Source: a virus (lineage: Duplodnaviria; Caudoviricetes). From it: 62,054 nt of DNA. Position 1 is the stretch's first letter. Each line of letters begins with the position of its first letter. The position numbers and the translations under genes were made by a program. The notes under the pieces are model-generated. The model ran no database searches and had not been told where the DNA came from. It saw only the letters and a program-made list of their open reading frames with translations. Shown here in pieces: positions 7,985-17,813 of this stretch. Where the stretch lies: IMG/VR virus record IMGVR_UViG_3300020430_000015, positions 1 through 62,054 of that record. One strand, given 5' to 3'.

Positions 7985-9752
7985 ATGTCTCCACATCATT
8001 TGCATAAGAAGTGAATCCGTTTTCTTTTATCACTTTCAATACATTGTTTACACGCCCTACCAGTTCATCTTTGTGACTGATTAAGAATATGTTTTTGCCT
8101 CTCTCCCTACTCATCTTTTTCAATATTGCTAACGAACTTTCAACACCTGCACTGTCCATACCACTGTCTATCAATTCATCTAGGAACAACAGATTAATAT
8201 TTTGATACAAGTTTTCCCATACATCTCTGAATGCAAAACTCATACCTAGTATTAATCTGTTACGTTCACCTCTGCTCAAGTTGTCAAAATCTAAGTCTTG
8301 ACCGAGTTGAGTGATTTCCACACTCAAATCATTTTTGAATGTGACCAAGTGTGGAAGTCCCAATTGATCCAAGTAGTGTGTTAACCTGTTGTTCAAGAAG
8401 GTCAGGTTTTGATCAATTATCTTTTTCCTTATGAAGGAATCTTTGTTTGTTAACAATTTGTACAAGAATTCTTGATGTTCTTTTAGTTTTTGTAGTGTGT
8501 TTGCTTCATCCCAATTTATTTCTTGTAGTGCTTGTTTTTGTAATTCATCTATTTGATCTATGTATGGATTGGATTCTTTTTGTTTGTTTTTCAATGCTGT
8601 TTCTATGTTGCCCACGTATTGTTTGTGTTCGTATGCTTCTTTTATTGTGTCATAGTATGTGTTTGGTTTTTCTGTGAGATCGCCTAAATCTTTAAGTTCT
8701 TTTTCTGTTTCATCTAATTGTTCCTGCAAATCCATCACATAACTGTTTGCTTCTCCATATTCTTCTTCTAGTTTTCTCTGCATTTCTTCAATTTTTTCAT
8801 TTGGCAAATCCTGACCACAAGCATAACAAGTGGCTTTTTCATTTAATTTGTTCAAATCTTTGTCTAGTTTTTTAGCAGTTTTATCTGCTTGTTCTATTGT
8901 GGCTTCCAAATTACTTTTATCTTTTAGTAATTGTCTTTGCTCTTTGTCCAGTTTATGCCAATCTTCTAATGTCTTGTGTGCATCAAGTTCTTTTTCAACA
9001 TCAAAATTTTCTAATTCTTGCAAATTCTTTTGCAATTTTTCAATATCATCTTTGTTTTGTGTTTCCCAAGCACTGCTTTTATGATGTAAACTTTGAATTG
9101 TTTCTTCAACTTTCTGATTGCTTATTTTAAGACCTTCTAATCTTGCTGTTTCCATAGCAATATCTTCTTTAGTCCTTTTAATTTTTGTTTTCAGTATTTC
9201 TGCTTTTTCAGACAACAACTGTATACCTAGTAATTGTTCTATAATATCTTGTTGTTCAGAATGATGTAAAGCCAAAAACGGTTGAGTGTATGTGTTAAGT
9301 GCGACAAGATGTTTAAACATACGTGGAGTCATACCAATCATTTTGTTCAGGTCTTCTTGTGTTTTACGTGAGTCACCTTGACTGACGTCTGATAATTCTT
9401 GTTCTGTATCATCAATAAAGTATTTCATAACGTTTGGTTTTCTACCACGTTCTACTCTATATTTTTTGCCTTCCTTTTCAAATGTAATTGTGACCAACAT
9501 ACCTTTTCCGTTGGTTTTGTTTACAAGATTATCTCTACGTATTTTTGTAAGTGCTTCACCATATAGTGCATAGGACAGTGCATTTACAATAGTTGTCTTA
9601 CCTGTACCATTACGCGATCCTGCATCATCACCACCCATGTCTAAGTTTTCACCTAGTACAAGTGTTAATAGTTTTTGTTGGAAGTCTATGGCCTGGGTTT
9701 GATTACCCACACTCATAAAATTTTTAACTGTAAGAGTCTTAATTAGTATCAT
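7968..9752 (-). CDS. gp46: Recombination endonuclease ATPase subunit (gp46/SbcC/Rad50)
   Basis: Walker A NGTGKTT, zinc hook CYACG, coiled coil, signature LSRGE, Walker B LLFLDE, ISH motif. Confidence 0.95.
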   Translation of the reverse strand: MILIKTLTVKNFMSVGNQTQAIDFQQKLLTLVLGENLDMGGDDAGSRNGTGKTTIVNALSYALYGEALTKIRRDNLVNKTNGKGMLVTITFEKEGKKYRVERGRKPNVMKYFIDDTEQELSDVSQGDSRKTQEDLNKMIGMTPRMFKHLVALNTYTQPFLALHHSEQQDIIEQLLGIQLLSEKAEILKTKIKRTKEDIAMETARLEGLKISNQKVEETIQSLHHKSSAWETQNKDDIEKLQKNLQELENFDVEKELDAHKTLEDWHKLDKEQRQLLKDKSNLEATIEQADKTAKKLDKDLNKLNEKATCYACGQDLPNEKIEEMQRKLEEEYGEANSYVMDLQEQLDETEKELKDLGDLTEKPNTYYDTIKEAYEHKQYVGNIETALKNKQKESNPYIDQIDELQKQALQEINWDEANTLQKLKEHQEFLYKLLTNKDSFIRKKIIDQNLTFLNNRLTHYLDQLGLPHLVTFKNDLSVEITQLGQDLDFDNLSRGERNRLILGMSFAFRDVWENLYQNINLLFLDELIDSGMDSAGVESSLAILKKMSRERGKNIFLISHKDELVGRVNNVLKVIKENGFTSYANDVETYEHTR

Positions 9753-10758
9753 TATTCAAATCTCTAAATATACCTAACAATACTTGTTTGTCATATGCGT
9801 CTGATTCAATTGATTCAATTTCTTTAGAAACTATCTGATCAACACTTTCAAACTTTGTGATATCTATGTCGGTATTAATTTCTTCGTCTTTTTTGTTAGG
9901 AATTAATGTAATTTCTCTACATCCATATTCTTTCATAAATGTTTCTTTTATAAAACTTGCTTCTTCAAAACTTATATCAATATCTAGTGTAACTCTCAAA
10001 TGCATTTTGCTTTTCATGATGTCTTTAGTTTTATCCAGCAGTGTGCTTAATTTAACATTTCTATATTTAGGACAGTTGCCCCAATTAAAATACACAGGCT
10101 CTTTGCCATGTTCTAGTATCATCATGCCACGTTCATCGTCATCTACATCTGCGTAATTGTGCGGAAACGGATTACCTAAATAATGAATATTATTCTTAAT
10201 TTGTCTTTTGTGGAAATGTCCAGAGAACACATATTCCTGAGCAACAAAGTCACTGCCTTTTAGTTCGCCAGTGTCTGGCATTTCTACCATTGCATTCATA
10301 AAAAAGTTCGGCAGTTCAAAATGCCCGAACATATATTTGCATTTCATCTTGCCCACCTTTTTCCATTCATTACCAACAAGCCAAGGAACCATTACCACAT
10401 CATCTATCTTTGTGATTTCGTTGATCATTGTGATACCTGGAATAAATCTTCCGAATTCAGTTGACTGTATATCTCTGCTGTCTTTGTAATATAAGTCGTG
10501 ATTGCCTGGAAAGAAATAAAATTTATCGAATGCTTTTCCTATTTTTTCTAAACTTCTAATAGAAGCATCCATAGTGGTTATGTTTACACTGTTTCTATTG
10601 TGATGCCAGTCACCACAGAACATTCCAGTTTCACAGCCATGCTGTTTCGCAAGGTCTATGTACCAGTCTATAAATTCTTCGCAATCATCGTTGTGTAACT
10701 TTGAGTTGGATTTCAAGCCAAAGTGTATGTCAGTAAAAACCGCTAATTTCTTGAACAA
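9739..10758 (-). CDS. gp47: Recombination endonuclease nuclease subunit (gp47/SbcD/Mre11)
   Basis: DIHFG, GDWHH, GNHD, GHFE and SGHFH metallophosphoesterase motifs; TTG start with AGGAGA RBS. Confidence 0.95.
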   Translation of the reverse strand: MFKKLAVFTDIHFGLKSNSKLHNDDCEEFIDWYIDLAKQHGCETGMFCGDWHHNRNSVNITTMDASIRSLEKIGKAFDKFYFFPGNHDLYYKDSRDIQSTEFGRFIPGITMINEITKIDDVVMVPWLVGNEWKKVGKMKCKYMFGHFELPNFFMNAMVEMPDTGELKGSDFVAQEYVFSGHFHKRQIKNNIHYLGNPFPHNYADVDDDERGMMILEHGKEPVYFNWGNCPKYRNVKLSTLLDKTKDIMKSKMHLRVTLDIDISFEEASFIKETFMKEYGCREITLIPNKKDEEINTDIDITKFESVDQIVSKEIESIESDAYDKQVLLGIFRDLNNDTN

Positions 10759-10780
10759 AATAATTCTCCTACTTGTCTAC

Positions 10781-10809
10781 AGCATAACTTAAAAGTTACG
10801 CAATGTCAA
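10781..10809 (-). promoter_or_regulatory. sigma70-type promoter for gp47/gp46
   Basis: Minus strand TTGACA (10809-10804)-N17-TATGCT (10786-10781). Confidence 0.65.
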
Positions 10810-11652
10810 CTACTTCTTAACTTTTTTGGCAACTTTTTTTACAGGCGCTTTACGAGGTGTCGATGCTTCGCCTTGTGTTTGTCTCGTCATACTAGGCATC
10901 ATGTTATTCATTTCAAGAATGTCATCTCTAATGTTTTGATTTCTTTTTTCGATGTTTATTATTCTAACAAATGAATTTGTTACTGCCGCTGTGTAATATG
11001 CAAATGGATTATTTGATTTGGATTCATCAAATTGTAAACCAATCTGTGCCAATTGCAATATGGCTTGTCCTTGCATTTCGTCGTTGTATGTGTAACCTCT
11101 CACATTACCTCTTGTACCATATCTTTCGCACAATTTCATCCACATCAATGCCAACTTATTTGTTGCTTTACCAATGTCTTTGTTAAATTTTCCATTGTGC
11201 AATCCACCTTCCCAATGACTTTTGCCAATACAAGTTAAGTTGCCTTTTTTATCGTATTTCCAATGTTGGAATGGTGGGAAATTTACTTTAACTTTTCTGT
11301 CTGCTACATTTCTTGGATTTCTTTTTCTGCCCGGATCTTCTGGAATATGATCATAAGTCATCACTCTAAATACCACATCGTCTTTGGATATTTTACGATA
11401 ATCTATGTCACATTCAGACAGTTTGGTCTTAGGATTTATTGCTTTCCGTCTTTCATATTCCTGTTGCGTAAGCCTTTTGGCTTTGTTTCTCTTTGCTTGA
11501 GCCACTGTTCTAATGTTAATTGCGTCTATTTTATTCACAATCAAATCATATGTGGAATATGTATCTTTGGTATAACTGCAATATGAATTTTTAGATTTGT
11601 GTATTTCTTCTAACAAATCCTTATTATTAAGGTAATTTACTTTAGTTTTCAT
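10810..11652 (-). CDS. gp55: Late-transcription sigma factor (T4 gp55 family)
   Basis: NYLNNKDLL at the N-terminus; GYTYNDEM...FDESKSNNPFAYYT...F.R.I..EKR motif. Confidence 0.9.
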   Translation of the reverse strand: MKTKVNYLNNKDLLEEIHKSKNSYCSYTKDTYSTYDLIVNKIDAINIRTVAQAKRNKAKRLTQQEYERRKAINPKTKLSECDIDYRKISKDDVVFRVMTYDHIPEDPGRKRNPRNVADRKVKVNFPPFQHWKYDKKGNLTCIGKSHWEGGLHNGKFNKDIGKATNKLALMWMKLCERYGTRGNVRGYTYNDEMQGQAILQLAQIGLQFDESKSNNPFAYYTAAVTNSFVRIINIEKRNQNIRDDILEMNNMMPSMTRQTQGEASTPRKAPVKKVAKKVKK

Positions 11653-11678
11653 GAATACTTTCTATTAGTTATGCCTTC

Positions 11679-11713
11679 ATTATAAACTGAGCAGTTAATT
11701 TTGTCAATAAATA
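11679..11713. promoter_or_regulatory. Consensus sigma70 promoter for gp55 (minus) overlapping the palindromic box and the late promoter of the baseplate operon (plus)
   Basis: Minus strand TTGACA (11707-11702)-N17-TATAAT (11684-11679). Box AACTGAGCAGTT at 11685-11696. Plus strand TAAATA at 11708-11713. Confidence 0.8.
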
Positions 11714-11732
11714 AATGTAAGGATGTAACCAA

Positions 11733-12644
11733 ATGGTAGATTTCAGAAACAAATTGAAAAACACAAAAGTAGATCTCAGCACGGTCAATCAGCAAGAGGC
11801 GTTTGAAAAAATGTCAAATAACCTGGATGTTGCAACTAATATTGTAGGCAAACTGAAGGATAAATTTGTAGACACCGCGGCTAATATTACTGCCCAGGCA
11901 AAAAGAATGAGCGGTAGTTTAAAAAATTTAATCAACGGTGAATTAAGTGTAGACGGTAATGCACAAACTATTGTCACAAACAAAGCGAAAGCAGTGGCAA
12001 AAGATTGGAGAGTAAGTTTAAGTGTACCAGAATCTATCAAACAACACATCAAAAAAGGTGGTTTGCTTGAACCTTTAATAAGAACAGACAGCAAAATGAT
12101 ATTCCCGTACACTCCAACGATTTATGTGTCTCATCAAGCATCTTATAATCCTTTACAGCCTGTACACACAAACTATCCTTATTATGCTTATGAAAATTCC
12201 AGAGTGGGACAGATGACAGTCACAGGAGAGTTTTTTGTGCAGAATTCACTTGAAGCCAAATATTGGGTAGCGGCAGTTCATTTCTTAAGAACAGTTACAA
12301 AAATGTCTTATGGTGAAAACAGTCCTAACAGAGGTCAACCACCTCCTGTATTATTTTTAAATGGTTATGGCGATTACACATTCAATCAGGTTCCTGTTAT
12401 TGTAACAAACTTCCAATTTGACTTAAAAAGAGAAGTTGATTATATTTCAACTGGTTTAGGAAGCACTGAACAGGCTGATGATGACGGTGGAATTTATTCA
12501 TTGGACAAAAATGCATGGGCACCATCAGAAAGTTTAATTACAGTTGAACTGGTACCACAATACAGCAGAAATCAAATCAGTCAGTTCAATTTGAAAAACT
12601 TCATTCATGGAACTGATGTACTAGACGGAAAAGGATTTATTTAA
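11733..12644 (+). CDS. Baseplate/tail-tube initiator-like structural protein
   Basis: FPYTPTI, HFLRTVTKM.YG and PPP..FLNGYG....VPVIVTNF motifs; first gene of the baseplate operon, ahead of gp53. Confidence 0.6.
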   Translation: MVDFRNKLKNTKVDLSTVNQQEAFEKMSNNLDVATNIVGKLKDKFVDTAANITAQAKRMSGSLKNLINGELSVDGNAQTIVTNKAKAVAKDWRVSLSVPESIKQHIKKGGLLEPLIRTDSKMIFPYTPTIYVSHQASYNPLQPVHTNYPYYAYENSRVGQMTVTGEFFVQNSLEAKYWVAAVHFLRTVTKMSYGENSPNRGQPPPVLFLNGYGDYTFNQVPVIVTNFQFDLKREVDYISTGLGSTEQADDDGGIYSLDKNAWAPSESLITVELVPQYSRNQISQFNLKNFIHGTDVLDGKGFI

Positions 12645-12946
12645 TGGCAAGGTACAGTGGAACAAGTCCGTATAGTGCAACAACTATTGTTGACGAACAA
12701 TATTTAGATATTTTAAGACCAAGAACAATACCTTCAAGTTCTGATGATTTTTTATACACAATTGAATCACAATATAGTAGAAGACCAGACTTACTGGCTT
12801 TTGACCTGTATGGATCACCAAAACTTTGGTGGGTATTTGCACAAAGAAATCCAGACACGTTGCAAGATCCAATATTTGATTTTACTCCGGGCACAGAAAT
12901 CTATATTCCAAAAGGAAATGCAATAAGAGAAGCATTGGGAGTTTAA
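12644..12946 (+). CDS. gp53: Baseplate wedge protein gp53-like (LysM-like)
   Basis: RRPDLLAFDLYGSPKLWWVFAQRN...IYIP motif. Confidence 0.8.
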   Translation: MARYSGTSPYSATTIVDEQYLDILRPRTIPSSSDDFLYTIESQYSRRPDLLAFDLYGSPKLWWVFAQRNPDTLQDPIFDFTPGTEIYIPKGNAIREALGV

Positions 12947-12950
12947 TCCA

Positions 12951-15536
12951 ATGGCGGGTGCAGTAAAAACAAGAATACAATCTAAAAAAAGAGAAAAACT
13001 GATTAAAGCAGGACAGTTAAAGGAAACTGGCGACGGTTCTGTAATGGAAAGAGTTTACAACAAAAAACTTAAATTCAAAAATAATAAAGTCAGTAGAAGC
13101 AAAGCAATTAATGATAAAGTTGCTAAAAGCCAAAAAGCAAATGACAATAAAATTGTAGAAGAGGTAAAAAAAATAAATTTCAATAACAAGCACAAACCTA
13201 ATCCATTACATGATTTTAATAATTTTTCAGCAGTCATAACTTTAATTGCTATGACAAAAGAAGAAGTAAATTTTCCGTATGTGCTCTTAGAGAAAGGTGA
13301 TTATGGAAAATTTGTAATTGCACAGACGGCTGGTAAAATAGGTAATCGTGCAAACACTAGCACATTTATTGATAGGTCAGTGAAAGGTAATTTAGAATTT
13401 TTAATTGACAATTTAGAAATAGATTCAATTGTTGCTCCTACTAAAAGAAACAAACACACACAGGCGACAAACATACGTTTTGAAATCACGGAACCTTACA
13501 GTATTGGACTTCTTATTGCCACAATGAAAATACAAGCCGCAAGAGCACAGCAGGCAGATGCTTCAGATAAGGAAATTGGTGCATTCAATCATGTCAAGGC
13601 TCCTTATGCTCTATTAATAGACTATGTTGGTACAGTGCCAGGGAAAAAATTTGATCCTGTTTCTAACCAGGTTGTTTCAACCAATAATGAAAAGGAATAT
13701 CCTAAACGTCACGTGATTCCAATACAATTTCAATCTATACAATTTAGAGCCAATCAAGGCGGAGCGGTATATGATTGTCAGGCAAGACCCCACATGGAAT
13801 ATGGTTTATCTGACATAAACAATAAAATTAGAGAAGATATAACAATTGAAGGTGACACCGTTCATGAAATATTACAAAGTGGTAGCAAATCTTTAATGCA
13901 CTTTTTAAATCAAAAAGGTGAATATAATGAAAAAGCAAAAAAATATAACATCAGCAATAGAGTTCCAGATGGAGAAGACTTTGTTATACTGTTTCCACCT
14001 GAGGAATATAACAATGGAACAGGAAACAAACAATTTAGAGATGAAATTCTGCGTGATGTGTCTGCAGGATATGATACAACAGAACAAGACAGTTCCGATG
14101 AAAATGAAAGTCAAAGAATAACAAATCAAAATATTTTACGAAATTATGACCCTACACTAAGAATTGAAAAATTATTGCGAGGCAATAACGAAAATAATGC
14201 GGACTTTATGGTTAACGCAGTGAACAAATCAGATGATCTTAACTCAGGTGGTGGAATACAAATTAATCAATTAGATGGCAAAGTATACACCGGCAACACT
14301 ATTGGGTCATCTAGAATGGTCTGGGATAAAAGTGTTCATAGAGAAAATACAAAAATTTTTCCTGACTTCAATGACAATTATTCTTGGTGGAGCGGAACAT
14401 ATAAAAGAGATGACATAGGCATTAACTTTAAGAAAAAACAACTTACCTTCCCAAAAGGTACTTTAGTTACAGATATTATTGAAATGGTGCTGATATTATC
14501 TGAATATGGAAAAAAATTAGGAGAGTCAATAGGCGATAAAGAATCAGAAGGCGGTTACACCGAATGGTTTAGAATTATACCACAATGTTTTGAATTGAAA
14601 GATTCTTACATAGAAGCAGTAACAAAAACCAGTCATAAATTAATCGTGTGTAATGTAATGCCATATGGTGTTATGAATTCAACGCTGAAGTCAGATGATC
14701 AAACAGTTGATTACATTCAAGAAATTAATAGAAACATTGTAAAAAGATATGACTATCTGTATTCAGGCAGAAATCATGATATCCTAGATTTTGATCTAGT
14801 ATACAACAATGCTTTTTATAATTCTGTATTAAGAGATCCAAACAATTCACAAAGTGCTGACCCAGGTAAAAAAGGAGAGAACACTATTAAAAAAACTAGA
14901 ACGACTGTGTTTGGAACAAAGGATAATGCAAGTGGCAAAAGTTCATACGCAAGTGAAGTTCCTGACTCAGCAGGTGCTAACAATCAAGGTACAAATGATG
15001 AAGCATCAGAAACATCTTTTGCTAGAGACTTCAATCAACGTATTATAAATTCTGCTGTTGATTTGATAGACGTTAATGTCACAATACATGGTGATCCATA
15101 TTACCTACCAAACAGTGGTATGAGTAATTACATCAATATGGCAAAAAGTGATGATGAAAGAATTGAAGAAGGTGACAGTTATATGATAAACTCAGACGGA
15201 CAAATTAACTTTTTACCAAGACAAACTTTAATAGAATTAACATTTATAAGTCCAATTGACATTGACAAGGTTCAAGGCAATTATATTTTTCCGACAGGAA
15301 CAATAAATGATAGAAACGGAAGAGAAAGAGTAATAAACGAATTTGGTGGAATATTTAGAGTTATAGAAATACGCAGTGAATTTAAAGGTGGAAGATTTAC
15401 ACAGACGCTTAGATGTGTAAGATCTGGAAATATGAATATCACAGATGATAACAGTAACACAATTTCAACAACAACATACGAAGAGAAAAAACCAGCAGAG
15501 TTTGATCAAGAAGATTACAGTAACGAAAGTGCATAA
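12951..15536 (+). CDS. Baseplate hub protein (gp27/gpD-like)
   Basis: Lies between gp53 and gp5; C-terminal IHGDPYY...GIFRVIEIRSEFKGGRFTQTL typical of hub proteins. Confidence 0.6.
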   Translation: MAGAVKTRIQSKKREKLIKAGQLKETGDGSVMERVYNKKLKFKNNKVSRSKAINDKVAKSQKANDNKIVEEVKKINFNNKHKPNPLHDFNNFSAVITLIAMTKEEVNFPYVLLEKGDYGKFVIAQTAGKIGNRANTSTFIDRSVKGNLEFLIDNLEIDSIVAPTKRNKHTQATNIRFEITEPYSIGLLIATMKIQAARAQQADASDKEIGAFNHVKAPYALLIDYVGTVPGKKFDPVSNQVVSTNNEKEYPKRHVIPIQFQSIQFRANQGGAVYDCQARPHMEYGLSDINNKIREDITIEGDTVHEILQSGSKSLMHFLNQKGEYNEKAKKYNISNRVPDGEDFVILFPPEEYNNGTGNKQFRDEILRDVSAGYDTTEQDSSDENESQRITNQNILRNYDPTLRIEKLLRGNNENNADFMVNAVNKSDDLNSGGGIQINQLDGKVYTGNTIGSSRMVWDKSVHRENTKIFPDFNDNYSWWSGTYKRDDIGINFKKKQLTFPKGTLVTDIIEMVLILSEYGKKLGESIGDKESEGGYTEWFRIIPQCFELKDSYIEAVTKTSHKLIVCNVMPYGVMNSTLKSDDQTVDYIQEINRNIVKRYDYLYSGRNHDILDFDLVYNNAFYNSVLRDPNNSQSADPGKKGENTIKKTRTTVFGTKDNASGKSSYASEVPDSAGANNQGTNDEASETSFARDFNQRIINSAVDLIDVNVTIHGDPYYLPNSGMSNYINMAKSDDERIEEGDSYMINSDGQINFLPRQTLIELTFISPIDIDKVQGNYIFPTGTINDRNGRERVINEFGGIFRVIEIRSEFKGGRFTQTLRCVRSGNMNITDDNSNTISTTTYEEKKPAEFDQEDYSNESA

Positions 15537-17002
15537 TGGGATATAGAAACACAAGAAAATCTTATTCAATTGATCCAGCAAAGAATCCTGGACCTTATGA
15601 AGCCATTGTGAGAAATGTGCTGGATCCGGGATATGCAGGTTCAATACAAGTTGAAATTTTAAAAACATTAGACAGCGGAGTAACAAGTCCTACACAACAA
15701 ATTGTTACCTGTCAGTATCTGCATCCATTCTATGGCACAACTAATATTGCAGATATAAATTCAAACACAGATTTTAGAGACAGTCAACAGAGTTATGGTA
15801 TGTGGTTTGTTCCACCTGATGTAGGGAACCGTGTGTTAGTTATGTTTGTGGAAGGCAATTCCAATAAAGCATACTGGATTGGTTGTATACCACAAGCACT
15901 TATGAATATGCAGGTGCCAGGTTCAACTCCAGCCACAACAATGACAGACACTGAAGATCCAGAACTTATTGGAAAAAAATTACCGGTTGGTGAACATAAT
16001 AAAAGTAGACATCAAGATTGGCCCACAACAAAACCTTTGACTGTGCCTAAGCCAATACACAGTCAAGCAAAATCAGTTTTAGAAACACAAGGACTGTTGG
16101 AAGATGAGACAAGAGGTTTGACCACTTCTAGTTCAAGACGTGAAGTGCCTAGCAGTGTGTTTGGTATCAACACTCCAGGACCTATTGACAAAGCCTACAG
16201 CAACAGACAACAGAACAGTAAGAATGCTAGATTGGGCGGAACAAGTTTTGTAATGGATGATGGTGATGATAAATTTGTTAGAAAAGTTAAAGCATCTGAA
16301 GGAGCATACGAATATGTTAATGTTGAATCAATGGATCAAGAAACGTATGCTGGTGCAGAAAAACAAGCCAATGTTCCACACAACGAACTATTTCGAATAC
16401 GAACACGAACAGGTCATCAAATACTATTGCACAATTCAGAAGATCTTGTGTACATTGCTAACGCAAATGGCACAGCATGGATTGAGATGACTGCAAACGG
16501 AAAGATAGATTTCTATGCGGAAGACAGTGTGAGTGTTCACAGTAAAGGCGATTTTAATTTTAAAACAGACAGGGACTTTAACTTACAAGCAGGAAGAGAT
16601 ATCAATTTAAAAAGTGCCACGGTGAATCAAGAATCAACTACTCACAATGTTCTTGTGTCTGGCGCACAAACAGTAGAAGTTATAGGGCAACAGACAATCA
16701 CAACTGGCAACACAAATCATTATGCTAATGGTAATATTAATTTAGATGTTGGTGGATTAGTGAACATAGCCAATGGCATTGCTGTCGCAACGCCGGTGTC
16801 GCCTTTAGCGACTTGGAGCCTTCCAGGCGAAGCAAATCCAACCATAATGAAACGGGTGCCACAACATGAACCTTGGAGTCATCATGAAAACTATGATCCA
16901 ATGGCTGTGGCTTTAATTAAAACAGATAGAAGTGAACAGGAAGATATTGTAGTTGCAGAACCAATCAATATTCCAGACACATTTAAAAACGTGAGGACAT
17001 AA
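15536..17002 (+). CDS. gp5: Central spike protein (gp5/VgrG-like)
   Basis: OB-fold SYGMWFVPPDVGNRVLVMF, RIRTRTGHQILL and a beta-helix region; followed by a PAAR gene. Confidence 0.8.
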   Translation: MGYRNTRKSYSIDPAKNPGPYEAIVRNVLDPGYAGSIQVEILKTLDSGVTSPTQQIVTCQYLHPFYGTTNIADINSNTDFRDSQQSYGMWFVPPDVGNRVLVMFVEGNSNKAYWIGCIPQALMNMQVPGSTPATTMTDTEDPELIGKKLPVGEHNKSRHQDWPTTKPLTVPKPIHSQAKSVLETQGLLEDETRGLTTSSSRREVPSSVFGINTPGPIDKAYSNRQQNSKNARLGGTSFVMDDGDDKFVRKVKASEGAYEYVNVESMDQETYAGAEKQANVPHNELFRIRTRTGHQILLHNSEDLVYIANANGTAWIEMTANGKIDFYAEDSVSVHSKGDFNFKTDRDFNLQAGRDINLKSATVNQESTTHNVLVSGAQTVEVIGQQTITTGNTNHYANGNINLDVGGLVNIANGIAVATPVSPLATWSLPGEANPTIMKRVPQHEPWSHHENYDPMAVALIKTDRSEQEDIVVAEPINIPDTFKNVRT

Positions 17003-17304
17003 TGCCAGAAACAAGTAGAGAAGGAGATTCATTATCCACAGGACATGGTTGCGTAGGCTCCACGGTGCTCGACACTCCTGGTCAATCTAAAGTTTTTGTA
17101 GAAAATAAATTAGTGGCTAGAGTGGGCGACCCAACAGTTGCACATCCTAATCCACCCAATCCACCTTGTCCTGATCACGTTGCAAATGTAAATGCTGGCA
17201 GTTCAAAGGTAATTGTTGTAAATTCACCTGTGGCTAGAGTAGGTGATAGTGCTGATGCTGGCGCAATGACATCAGGATCAGGTAAAGTGATAATAGGGGG
17301 TTAA
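17002..17304 (+). CDS. PAAR-repeat spike tip protein (gp5.4-like)
   Basis: Repeated VARVGD, GSSKV and His/Cys residues. Confidence 0.9.
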   Translation: MPETSREGDSLSTGHGCVGSTVLDTPGQSKVFVENKLVARVGDPTVAHPNPPNPPCPDHVANVNAGSSKVIVVNSPVARVGDSADAGAMTSGSGKVIIGG

Positions 17305-17323
17305 AAATAAAGTAAATATTGTT

Positions 17324-17764
17324 ATGGCAGAGAAAAAATTATATAAAGAGACAGTGGTAGCAGGCAAAGAGTTTAAAACACAGCCACCTAGTCAGAAAAT
17401 GTACAGAGGTATAAGCACCGTAAACGAAGCAAACTCTTCATTTGCTTTATATGATATAGGACTTATCAAGCAAGATCTTTTAAATCATTTCCATATAAGA
17501 CAGGGAGAAAAACTAGAGAATCCTGAATTTGGTACAATTATTTGGGATATACTATTTGATCCACTTACAGATGAAGTAGAGGTAGCCTTAAAAAACAATG
17601 TTCAGCAGATTATTGATAGTGATCCTAGAATAAGAGCAACTGCTATTGTTGTTACACCATTTGAATCGGGCATACAAATTGAAATAGAGTTAGAATACTT
17701 GAAATACAATATTTCTGAACGACTTAAATTAACTTTTGACCAAAACAACGGATTACTAAATTAA
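17324..17764 (+). CDS. gp25: Baseplate wedge subunit gp25
   Basis: DLLNHFHIRQGEKLENPEFGTIIWDILFDP...DPR motif. Confidence 0.9.
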   Translation: MAEKKLYKETVVAGKEFKTQPPSQKMYRGISTVNEANSSFALYDIGLIKQDLLNHFHIRQGEKLENPEFGTIIWDILFDPLTDEVEVALKNNVQQIIDSDPRIRATAIVVTPFESGIQIEIELEYLKYNISERLKLTFDQNNGLLN

Positions 17765-17792
17765 ATGCGTAGTTTATGTCATACAATAAATA
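17763..17792 (+). promoter_or_regulatory. Palindromic box plus late promoter for gp6
   Basis: AAATGCGTAGTT (17763-17774)-N12-TAAATA (17787-17792). Confidence 0.65.
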
Positions 17793-17813
17793 CTGATATT
17801 ACAAAAGGAAATC

